A stretch of 64,000 nucleotides of DNA, taken from positions 58,390-122,389 of the forward strand of contig CAVOOB010000001.1 in the NCBI GenBank assembly GCA_963697435.1, written 5' to 3'. The first letter of the stretch is position 1. Every line of letters begins with the position of its first letter. The DNA comes from an uncultured Gemmatimonadales bacterium. GTDB taxonomy: Bacteria; Gemmatimonadota; Gemmatimonadetes; Gemmatimonadales; GWC2-71-9. The position numbers and the translations under genes are program-made. Shown piece after piece: positions 21,194-37,322 of the stretch. Below the pieces are notes generated by a model. That model ran no database searches and had not been told where the DNA came from. It saw nothing but the letters and a program-made list of their open reading frames with translations.

Positions 21194-21222
21194 AAGGCGC
21201 CCGGCAGACTGCCGGGCGCCTT
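21194..21222. terminator. bidirectional GC-rich hairpin between convergent genes
   Basis: AAGGCGCCCGGCAG-A-CTGCCGGGCGCCTT has perfect 14-nt arms. It lies between the plus-strand stop at 21152 and the minus-strand stop at 21246. Confidence 0.6.
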
Positions 21223-21245
21223 CCTCGATGCTCAGGACAGTGTCC

Positions 21246-24020
21246 CTACCGCACCCGGGTAATCCTCCCGTTGGAATCGATGGCCTTGAGGGTCCAGTCG
21301 GGGGCCGCTTCGATGAGCCGGAAGCCGTCCGCACCGCCTGCCCTCAGGTTGGTCGGGTCCACCGTGTACGGATCGGCGTTGGCGTAGCTGACCACGTACC
21401 CCATGTCGGCGAGGGAGCCGACGGTGATCGAGCTCAGCGGGTTCGCGATGAGGCTGATGTAGCCGGTCATCAGTTCCTTGCCCATGACCGATTCCCGCCA
21501 GTGTCCATCGCGCGTGCCCGGACCACCCATGTTCTCCACCGGTACCTTGTTGCCGACGTACGTGCCACCACCGTTCGCGTTGAACTGCGCGATGGCAGTG
21601 GTCCCGGTGAAGTAGGGATCAGCCCCACCCCCACCCACCAGAAGCGACGGCGCTTGGGTCCACAGCGTCCCGATGCCGATGACATGCCCCATCTCGTGCT
21701 GGATGGTGGCCGGGAAGAGCCCGGCGGCCTCGAGATTGGCCACGTCCGCGGTGTCGAAGGTCATCCGCCCAACGAGCGAGAACTTCGTCCCCGACCGGAT
21801 GTAGCAGGGCCCCGCCGAGCCGAGGATCATCCCCGGACCGTCGATCGAGTCGAGCGTCACGAAGATCAGCACGTCATCGATGGTTTCGCTGAGCGCCGGA
21901 GAATTGGCCCCGCATGTTCCGGCTGCGGCAACGATCGGTACGCTCAGCAGGTTACCGGTGATGATGGTGCTCCACCGCGCCGCGGCCGCGTCGAACACCG
22001 CCTGGCGGGCCGGCGAGATCGTCGAGATATACCGCAGCGTGATGTTGTAATTGCTGACCACCGCGGTGGCGGTCGCGTTGAAGGTCACCATCGCCGGCGT
22101 CGTTCCGGCTACCGCAGCGGTGGCCGTCTGCCCGCCGATGGTGCCGCCCAGGGTCCAACTGATCGAGGCGAGACCGGAGGCTGACGTGGCTGACGTGGGC
22201 GCGGACACCGACCCGCCACCTGTCGCCGCGGCCCAGTTGACCGTCACGCCGGAGACCGGGTTGCTGTACGCGTCGGTGACCAGGACCACGAGCCCCGTCG
22301 GCAGCAACGAGCCTGCCACGGCGGTCTGGTTGTTGCCGGACGAAATCGCCAGCACCGCCGCAGGCCCGGCTGTCGCCGACGCCGTGAAGTTCACCGGTGA
22401 CCCGGTCAGCCCCGCGGCCGTCGCCGTTGCGGCCTGATTGCCCGCCCCGGCCACTGTGCCGATGGTCCAGCCGGATGTCGCGATGCCGGAGGCATTGGTC
22501 ATCGAGGAGGCCACGGCCGTTGCCCCGCTGCCGGCGCCGGCGGCCCAGTTGACCGTATAGCCCGCGATCGGATTGTCGTATTGGTCGCTGACCAGGACGG
22601 CAATCGGCTGCGGGAGCGCGGTTCCGACGACGGCGGTCTGCCCGTTGCCGGAAAGCAGTGCGACCTTGGACGCCGCAGCCGCGGCGACACTGGCCGTGAA
22701 CAGGACCGGCGAACCGGCCAGTCCAGTAACGGAGGCCTCGACCGTTTGGCTATTCACGCTCGCCACGGGGCCCACCGTCAGCGTCATCGACGCCTCACCA
22801 GACGCATCCGTGATGCTCGTCGCCGACGCGACGGATCCGCCGCCCCAGGTCACCTGCCAACTCACCACGACACCCGCAACCGGCGCGTTGGCGGCGTCCT
22901 CCACCACGACCACCAGCGGCTGGGGCAATGCCTGCCCTGCCGTTCCCGTCTGGCCATCACCCGACACCAGGAACATCTGGGTCGGGGGCGCCGTCGCGCT
23001 GGCCACGAACGCCACCGGCGAGCCGGTCAGCCCCGCTGCCGTCGCGCTCAGCCCCTGGTTGTTGGAGCCCGGCGTGCCGCCGAGGGTCCACCCGATCGAT
23101 GCGATGCCCGAGGCATTGGTGACACTCGATGCCGCGGATGGCGTCCCACCGCCCGCCGTCACGGCCCACGTAACGGTCACGCCCTGCACCGGCACACCGG
23201 CTCCTCCGGGGGTCTTCACCAGGACCGAGGGCATGGTCGCCACGGCCGTCCCGGCCACAGCCGACTGGTTGTCGCCGGCATTGAGGGCAATCGTCCCCGC
23301 CGTCAATTCAGCCGAGCCGGTGAACATCACGTTGGCTCCACCCGACAGCGACGCCCGCAGCATCTGCAGGTCGGTGCCGACCAGCGGCCCGAGGGTCCAG
23401 CCGATGGACGCCTCACCCGCGGCGTCGGTCATCGACGTCGCCGCGGTCACCGACCCGCCGCCACCCATGACCGTCCACGTCACGGTCGCACCGGCCACGG
23501 GGTTGTTGTTGGCGTCCTGCACCGTCACCGTCGGCGCCTGCGCGACCGCCGCGCCGACCTCGCCGGTCTGCGCATTCCCCGCGGAGGCCCCGATCTGCGT
23601 CGGCGACCCGGCGTTCGCCGAGGCCGTGAACGTGACCGGCGATCCCGTCAGTCCCGTGACCGACGCCGTGGCGGTGTTGGAGTTGGCGCCCGCCATCGGG
23701 CCGAGGGTCCAGGTCGTGGCCGCCTCGCCCTGCGCATTGGTCGTCACGCTCGCCGCCGCGACACTCCCGCCGCCGGCCGTCGCCGCGAACGCGACCGCCA
23801 CATTGGCCATGGCGTCGCCGTCCTGGTCGGTCACCTTGACGGTGATGGGATTCGTGAGCGCGGCGCCGGCGGTGCCGGTCTGCGCATCACCCGAGACGAG
23901 CGCGAGGGTCGTGGCCACGGGTGTGGGCGTGGTGCCGCCGTTCCCGCTGTCCGAGCAATTCACATTTGTCAGCCCGATGAGGGCGACCGCAACGAAGGCG
24001 GCGGCGCGATGCAGCGTCAT
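21246..24020 (-). CDS. large secreted/lipoprotein: six Ig-like repeats plus leishmanolysin (M8)-like metallopeptidase domain
   Basis: 924 aa with a signal peptide. Six repeats of about 95 aa (SGDAQTG / GNAQTG / GDNQSA / GDGQTG / GNGQTA / GNNQTA...WTLG). The C-terminal domain has an intact HEMGHVIGIG and a downstream DGHWRESVMGKELMTG. Confidence 0.85.
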   Translation of the reverse strand: MTLHRAAAFVAVALIGLTNVNCSDSGNGGTTPTPVATTLALVSGDAQTGTAGAALTNPITVKVTDQDGDAMANVAVAFAATAGGGSVAAASVTTNAQGEAATTWTLGPMAGANSNTATASVTGLTGSPVTFTASANAGSPTQIGASAGNAQTGEVGAAVAQAPTVTVQDANNNPVAGATVTWTVMGGGGSVTAATSMTDAAGEASIGWTLGPLVGTDLQMLRASLSGGANVMFTGSAELTAGTIALNAGDNQSAVAGTAVATMPSVLVKTPGGAGVPVQGVTVTWAVTAGGGTPSAASSVTNASGIASIGWTLGGTPGSNNQGLSATAAGLTGSPVAFVASATAPPTQMFLVSGDGQTGTAGQALPQPLVVVVEDAANAPVAGVVVSWQVTWGGGSVASATSITDASGEASMTLTVGPVASVNSQTVEASVTGLAGSPVLFTASVAAAAASKVALLSGNGQTAVVGTALPQPIAVLVSDQYDNPIAGYTVNWAAGAGSGATAVASSMTNASGIATSGWTIGTVAGAGNQAATATAAGLTGSPVNFTASATAGPAAVLAISSGNNQTAVAGSLLPTGLVVLVTDAYSNPVSGVTVNWAAATGGGSVSAPTSATSASGLASISWTLGGTIGGQTATAAVAGTTPAMVTFNATATAVVSNYNITLRYISTISPARQAVFDAAAARWSTIITGNLLSVPIVAAAGTCGANSPALSETIDDVLIFVTLDSIDGPGMILGSAGPCYIRSGTKFSLVGRMTFDTADVANLEAAGLFPATIQHEMGHVIGIGTLWTQAPSLLVGGGGADPYFTGTTAIAQFNANGGGTYVGNKVPVENMGGPGTRDGHWRESVMGKELMTGYISLIANPLSSITVGSLADMGYVVSYANADPYTVDPTNLRAGGADGFRLIEAAPDWTLKAIDSNGRITRVR

Positions 24021-24149
24021 GAGAGACTCCTGAGATGCGGCAGGCGATCAAAGGCGAGGCCGGAGACCCAGGGGGCCGGGCTCCGGCAGGACGGATAACG
24101 CATACTGCACAGAAATCCCTGAATGCGCCAGAGGGGCCCCGGACGCACG

Positions 24150-24182
24150 GCGCCCCGGCTCGGGAGGACCCGGCCGGGGCGC
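24150..24182 (-). terminator. GC-rich hairpin downstream of rpoC (terminator candidate, no U-tract)
   Basis: GCGCCCCGGC(T)CGGG-AGGA-CCCG-GCCGGGGCGC forms a 14-bp stem about 30 nt after the rpoC TAA (24211-24213). Confidence 0.4.
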
Positions 24183-24210
24183 GCACTGCTCGAGACACCT
24201 TCGATGCTGC

Positions 24211-28794
<4,584 letters not shown>

Positions 28795-28862
28795 TGCTGC
28801 CTCATTCTGAAATCCGGTGTGGGCGTACACACGGTGCGCCCGAACAGTCCGGCGTGTGTCTG

Positions 28863-33338
<4,476 letters not shown>

Positions 33339-33479
33339 GGCTCACTCTCATGCAACACAAAGGGCCCCGGGACGGAGGCCATCGCCAAATGGGATGGCCC
33401 CGCGGGGCTCGGACGTCGCTGGAATTCAGGACCAACGCAGGTTCGTCATGCCGTCTCACTAAAGCAGGGTAGTCGCAGG

Positions 33480-33505
33480 CACCCGCCGGGTCGTCCCGGC
33501 GGGTG
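33480..33505 (-). promoter_or_regulatory. hairpin in the rplL-rpoB spacer (attenuator candidate)
   Basis: CACCCGCCGGG-ACGA-CCCGGCGGGTG has perfect 11-bp arms. It starts about 10 nt after the rplL stop and lies 140 nt upstream of the rpoB start. No U-tract. Confidence 0.45.
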
Positions 33506-33514
33506 TTGCGCGCC

Positions 33515-33889
33515 CTACTTCATTTCGACGGTGGCGCCCTGCTCTTCGAGCTTCTTCTTCAGTTCTTCCGCCTCGGCCTTGGAGATGCCTTCCTTGATGA
33601 CGCCACCGGCGTCGACCAGGTCCTTGGCTTCCTTCAGGCCCAGGCTCGTCACTTCACGCACGGCCTTGATGACCTGAATCTTCTTGGCGCCACCGCTCGT
33701 GAGCACGATCGAGTACTCGCTCTGCTCCTCGGCGGCCGGAGCCGCGCCCGCGCCCGCGCCACCGGCCGGAGCGGCCATGATGGTCACGTTGAACTTCGTC
33801 TTGAACTCTTCGATCAGGTCCGCCAGCTCGATCACGGTCTTGTTGCCGATCGCGTCGAGGATCTGCTCATTGCTCATCGTGGTGCTCAT
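33515..33889 (-). CDS. rplL: 50S ribosomal protein L7/L12
   Basis: 124 aa from [29 protein letters not shown], ending [16 protein letters not shown] precedes the ATG at 33889. The ORF-track start at 33976 overlaps rplJ. Confidence 0.95.
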   Translation of the reverse strand: MSTTMSNEQILDAIGNKTVIELADLIEEFKTKFNVTIMAAPAGGAGAGAAPAAEEQSEYSIVLTSGGAKKIQVIKAVREVTSLGLKEAKDLVDAGGVIKEGISKAEAEELKKKLEEQGATVEMK

Positions 33890-33908
33890 CGGGATGTTCT
33901 CCGTCGGG

Positions 33909-34406
33909 TTAGGATGCCGCGGCGCCGCGCTGCTCACGCAGTGCCTCAAGTGCGCCGACCATCGTGTAGAGGACACTGTTCATTGCGCCGGCCATCTGGG
34001 CCAGCAGGACTTCACGCGAGGGAATCTCACCGAGCCGCTTGACGTGATCCGCGCTGACGGTCTCGCCGTCGACGCGCCCCATCTTGACCGTCGGCTTGTT
34101 GCCGAACTCCTTGGCAAACTCGGTCAGCACCTTGGCCGCGGACAGCGGTTCCTGCGACAGGACCAGTCCGGTCGGACCGCTGAAGTGCTCGTCGAGCCCC
34201 TCGATCTTGTTCGCGGCCAGGGCGCGCTGCGCCAGCGTGTTCTTGACCACGACGTAGTTGGCGCCGGCCGCCCGGAGGCGACGACGGAACTCGGTCATGC
34301 TCAACACGTTCAGGCCGGTAAAGTCCGTGACATAGACATTGGGAGACTTTTGCAGCACCGCTGCCAGGGTCTCGACCTCCGTCTGCCGTTCAGTCTTGCT
34401 GCTCAT
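33909..34406 (-). CDS. rplJ: 50S ribosomal protein L10
   Basis: 165-aa ORF with L10 sequence. Its ATG overlaps the rplA stop (ATGA). Confidence 0.94.
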   Translation of the reverse strand: MSSKTERQTEVETLAAVLQKSPNVYVTDFTGLNVLSMTEFRRRLRAAGANYVVVKNTLAQRALAANKIEGLDEHFSGPTGLVLSQEPLSAAKVLTEFAKEFGNKPTVKMGRVDGETVSADHVKRLGEIPSREVLLAQMAGAMNSVLYTMVGALEALREQRGAAAS

Positions 34407-35092
34407 TTATACCCCGCCGTCTCGAGCCGCACGCCGGGTCCCATGGTGCTGGAGACCGTCGCCGACCGGATGTAGACACCCTTGGCCGCGGACGGCTTCG
34501 CCCGGACGATGGTGTCCATGAACGCCTGGAGGTTCTCCTCCAGCTGCGCCTCGCTGAACGAGGCCTTGCCGATCGGGACATGCACGTTGCCGGTCTTGTC
34601 GACCCGGAACTCGATCTTGCCCGCCTTGATTTCCTTGACCGCCTTGGTCACGTCGAGCGTGACCGTCCCAGCCTTCGGGTTCGGCATCAGGCCGCGCGGA
34701 CCGAGCACCCGGCCGAGTTGGCCGAGCTGGCCCATCACGTCCGGCGTGGCGACGATGACGTCGCACTCGAGCCAGCCGTCCTTCAGCTTCTGGAGGTACT
34801 CGACGCCGACGAAGTCCGCCCCGGCGGCCTCGGCCTCCTGGACCTTTTCGCCCTGCGTGATCACGAGCACCCGCACCGACTTGCCCGTGCCATGCGGCAG
34901 GACGACGGTGCCGCGGACGACCTGGTCCGCATGCCGCGGATCCACGCCGAGCCGAACCGCGACGTCCACCGTCTCGTTGAACTTCGCCTTGGCGGCGGCC
35001 TTGACGGCGGCGCACGCCTCGGTGCTGCTGTAGGTCCGGTTGCGGTCGACCGTGGCGGCCGCGGCGGTGTAACGCTTTCCGTGGCTGGGCAT
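34403..35092 (-). CDS. rplA: 50S ribosomal protein L1
   Basis: 229 aa from [17 protein letters not shown], with [19 protein letters not shown] overlap with the rplK stop. The ORF-track entry overextends to 35605. Confidence 0.95.
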   Translation of the reverse strand: MPSHGKRYTAAAATVDRNRTYSSTEACAAVKAAAKAKFNETVDVAVRLGVDPRHADQVVRGTVVLPHGTGKSVRVLVITQGEKVQEAEAAGADFVGVEYLQKLKDGWLECDVIVATPDVMGQLGQLGRVLGPRGLMPNPKAGTVTLDVTKAVKEIKAGKIEFRVDKTGNVHVPIGKASFSEAQLEENLQAFMDTIVRAKPSAAKGVYIRSATVSSTMGPGVRLETAGYK

Positions 35093-35517
35093 CAGTCGAT
35101 GACCTCCAGCCCCATCGAGCGGGCGGTGCCGGCGATCATCCGCATGGCACTCTCCACCGAGGCGGCGTTCAGGTCGGCCATCTTGATCTCGGCGATCTTC
35201 TTCAGCTGCGCCGAAGAGACCTTGCCGACCTTGGTCCGGTTGGGTTGCGCGCTGCCCTTGTCGAGCCCCGCCTCCTTGAGCAGGAGGTTCGGCGCCGGCG
35301 GGGTCTTGGTGATGAACGTGAACGTCCGGTCGCCGTAAATCGTCACGACGACAGGGATCACCATTCCGCTTTGGCTCTGGGTCCGCGCGTTGAACTGCTT
35401 GCAGAACTCCATGATGTTGACGCCATGCGGCCCCAGCGCCGTCCCGACCGGGGGCGCGGGGTTCGCGGCGCCAGCCGGAACCTGCAGCTTGACGAGCGCC
35501 TGAATCTTCTTGGCCAT
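35092..35517 (-). CDS. rplK: 50S ribosomal protein L11
   Basis: 141 aa with [43 protein letters not shown]. Confidence 0.97.
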   Translation of the reverse strand: MAKKIQALVKLQVPAGAANPAPPVGTALGPHGVNIMEFCKQFNARTQSQSGMVIPVVVTIYGDRTFTFITKTPPAPNLLLKEAGLDKGSAQPNRTKVGKVSSAQLKKIAEIKMADLNAASVESAMRMIAGTARSMGLEVID

Positions 35518-35622
35518 GCGACTCCTCGTAGTGCGCCGGGACGATCCACCGCCCCTGGCTCCCGCGTATACCGCGCGGTGGCGGTGCGCCCCCGAAGGGG
35601 CGCAAGGGCGGCGCCTGCCGCC

Positions 35623-36174
35623 CTAGTGACCGCGGAGCTGGAGGTAATCCAGCTCGACGGACGTCGGTCGGCCGAAGAGGCTGACCGAGACCTTCACCTT
35701 GCCCTTGTCGGCCAGTACTTCCTCGACCGTCCCGCTGAAGTCGGAGAAGGGGCCTTCCGTGATCTCGACCACCTGGCCGGGGAGGAAGGGAATCTCCTCC
35801 TTCGGCTCCGCTTCGGCGGTCTGCTCCACCACGCCGAGGAGCCGGTTGACTTCTTCCTGGCGGAGCGGCTGCGGCAGCCGGCCGGTGCCGACGAACTTGA
35901 TGACGCCCTGGATGCTGTTGACCAGGTGCAGCGCCTCCTGGTTCAACCCCATCTCCACGAGCACGTAGCCCGGGTAGAGCTTCCGCTCGACGGTGACCTT
36001 CTTGCCGTTCTTGATCTCGACCGCTTCCTGCACCGGCACCAGGGCCTGGCGCACCAGCCGCTCTTCAGGCGGACGCGGATCCTCCTCGATACGCCGCTGC
36101 AGGAGGCCACGAACCTTGTTCTCGTGCCCGGCGGTCGTCTGGATCGCGTACCAGCGGTAGTCCATGGCGATCAC
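35623..36174 (-). CDS. nusG: transcription termination/antitermination factor NusG
   Basis: 183 aa with an NGN domain ([14 protein letters not shown]) and a KOW domain ([22 protein letters not shown]). The start may be MDYRWY at 36165. Confidence 0.93.
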   Translation of the reverse strand: MIAMDYRWYAIQTTAGHENKVRGLLQRRIEEDPRPPEERLVRQALVPVQEAVEIKNGKKVTVERKLYPGYVLVEMGLNQEALHLVNSIQGVIKFVGTGRLPQPLRQEEVNRLLGVVEQTAEAEPKEEIPFLPGQVVEITEGPFSDFSGTVEEVLADKGKVKVSVSLFGRPTSVELDYLQLRGH

Positions 36175-36365
36175 CGGGCCAGCTTGGCGATGCCGTCGAC
36201 CAGGATCAGTTGGAGCAGCAGGTCCATCCAGCCGATCAGGAAGCCGAGGGCAATCGACATGATGAGGATCATGCGCGTGGCCTTGCTCAGCTCATCCCGC
36301 GTCGGCCAGGAGACCTTCTTGGTCTCGGTGCGCACCGCGGCCAGGAAATCGACCGTCCGGCGCAA
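36171..36365 (-). CDS. secE: preprotein translocase subunit SecE
   Basis: 64 aa, single C-terminal TM, with motif ETKKVSWPTRDEL. TTG is the only in-frame start candidate before the upstream stop. Canonical position between rpmG and nusG. Confidence 0.85.
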   Translation of the reverse strand: MRRTVDFLAAVRTETKKVSWPTRDELSKATRMILIMSIALGFLIGWMDLLLQLILVDGIAKLAR

Positions 36366-36428
36366 CCAGCCGCCGACGCCGCCGGTGGTCGCGACCGCCT
36401 GTCCGCCCTGCTTGGCAGCCGTCCATGA

Positions 36429-36581
36429 CTACTTCGACTCCTTGTGCAGCTGGTGCTTGTCGCACCGGGGGCAGTACTTCTTCCACTCCACGCGCTCCGG
36501 GTGCTTCCGCCGATTCTTGTCGGTGAAGTAGTTCCGGTTCTTGCAGTCGGTGCACTCGAGAATGATCTTTTCGCGCGGCAT
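36429..36581 (-). CDS. rpmG: 50S ribosomal protein L33 (zinc-ribbon form)
   Basis: Not in the ORF track (<60 aa). Hand translation of the reverse strand gives [50 protein letters not shown]-stop, 50 aa with CxxC...CxxC. Confidence 0.9.
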   Translation of the reverse strand: MPREKIILECTDCKNRNYFTDKNRRKHPERVEWKKYCPRCDKHQLHKESK

Positions 36582-36585
36582 ATGT

Positions 36586-36620
36586 CAGCGGGGCAGCGGG
36601 GCAGCGGGGCCGGGGGGCAG
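36586..36620. repeat. G-rich octamer tandem repeat (CAGCGGGG x3 plus CCGGGGGG)
   Basis: The plus strand reads cagcgggg cagcgggg cagcgggg ccgggggg cag. That gives four runs of 4-6 G separated by 4, 4 and 2 nt. It starts 5 nt from the rpmG start codon. Confidence 0.85.
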
Positions 36621-36702
36621 AACCTGCCGCTCGGTCATCCGTCTCTCCGCCTGTCCGCCCTCCGTAAAAGTTTTGCTCCTGCGCCCTGCGAAACCGTGAC
36701 AG

Positions 36703-36775
36703 AGCTCGCGATCGGGATTGAACCGATGACCTCATCCTTACCAAGGATGTGCTCTACCGACTGAGCTACGCGAGC
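36703..36775 (-). tRNA. tRNA-Thr (anticodon GGT)
   Basis: 73 nt: GCTCGCG acceptor, AGCTCAGTCGGTAGAGC D-arm, anticodon arm CATCC-TTGGTAA-GGATG, GGTTCAATCC T-arm. CCA is not encoded. Confidence 0.93.
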
Positions 36776-36789
36776 GACTGCTTGCCCAG

Positions 36790-36862
36790 AGCGGGCGACG
36801 GGACTCGAACCCGCGACCCTCAGCTTGGAAGGCTGACGCTCTACCAACTGAGCTACACCCGC
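36790..36862 (-). tRNA. tRNA-Gly (anticodon TCC)
   Basis: 73 nt: GCGGGTG acceptor, anticodon arm TCAGC-CTTCCAA-GCTGA, GGTTCGAGTCC T-arm. CCA is not encoded. Confidence 0.93.
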
Positions 36863-36900
36863 CGGTGTCCTGCTGCCTGACCATGTCCTGCCGCCAGGCA

Positions 36901-36984
36901 TGGTGGGGGTAGGATTCGAACCTACGTAGGGCGAAGCCCGGCAGATTTACAGTCTGCTGCCATTAGCCACTCGGCCACCCCACC
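36901..36984 (-). tRNA. tRNA-Tyr (anticodon GTA)
   Basis: 84 nt with a long variable arm: GGTGGGG acceptor, anticodon arm GCAGA-CTGTAAA-TCTGC, T-arm GTAGG-TTCGAAT-CCTAC. Confidence 0.93.
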
Positions 36985-37066
36985 GCGCTGCCTGCTACCC
37001 CCCGATACAGAACCCCGCCACCAACTGGGCGGGGTTTGACCGTCGAGAGTTGTCCTGCACTTCAGC

Positions 37067-37142
37067 TGGAGCTGACGAAGGGACTCGAACCCCCAACCGG
37101 TGGTTTACAAAACCACTGCTCTACCAATTGAGCTACGTCAGC
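37067..37142 (-). tRNA. tRNA-Thr (anticodon TGT)
   Basis: 76 nt including an encoded CCA: GCTGACG acceptor, anticodon arm GTGGT-TTTGTAA-ACCAC, GGTTCGAGTCC T-loop region. Confidence 0.92.
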
Positions 37143-37168
37143 ACGAAAGCCAAATTAGGCAGACCCAT

Positions 37169-37197
37169 ATGATAGAAGGGGTTCCGGCAATAGTCAA
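37169..37197 (-). promoter_or_regulatory. sigma-70-type promoter candidate for the tRNA / rpmG-secE-nusG transcription unit
   Basis: Minus-sense TTGACT (37192-37197), a 17-nt spacer, then TATCAT (37169-37174). The -10 box ends about 26 nt upstream of the tRNA-Thr(TGT) 5' end. Confidence 0.6.
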
Positions 37198-37198
37198 C

Positions 37199-37258
37199 GG
37201 GGGCAGGGAGGCAGGGAGGCAGGGAGGCAGGGAGGCAGGGAGGCAGGGAGGCAGGGCG
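37199..37258. repeat. octanucleotide tandem repeat (GCAGGGAG)x6 plus one degenerate copy
   Basis: Six perfect 8-bp units span 37203-37250, followed by GCAGGGCG at 37251-37258 and preceded by a G5 run. It abuts the -35 box of the tRNA promoter candidate. Confidence 0.95.
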
Positions 37259-37322
37259 AGAAGATAGCCTGGCCGTCACCCCGGCGAAAGGCGGGGTCCA
37301 TTGCCCGTCCCCACTTCCCCGC

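Noticed and set aside
15560-24020. Calling the rpoC-rpsL insert a mobile element or genomic island
   Set aside because: No integrase, transposase, phage gene, flanking direct repeat or adjacent tRNA was seen. Composition could not be computed by eye, so it is reported only as an accessory insert.
35518-35622. GCGCCCC-TTCG-GGGGCGC hairpin between nusG and rplK as a terminator or L11-operon leader
   Set aside because: There is no U-tract, and I could not match it by eye to the L1-binding leader structure. It is left unannotated pending a covariance-model scan.
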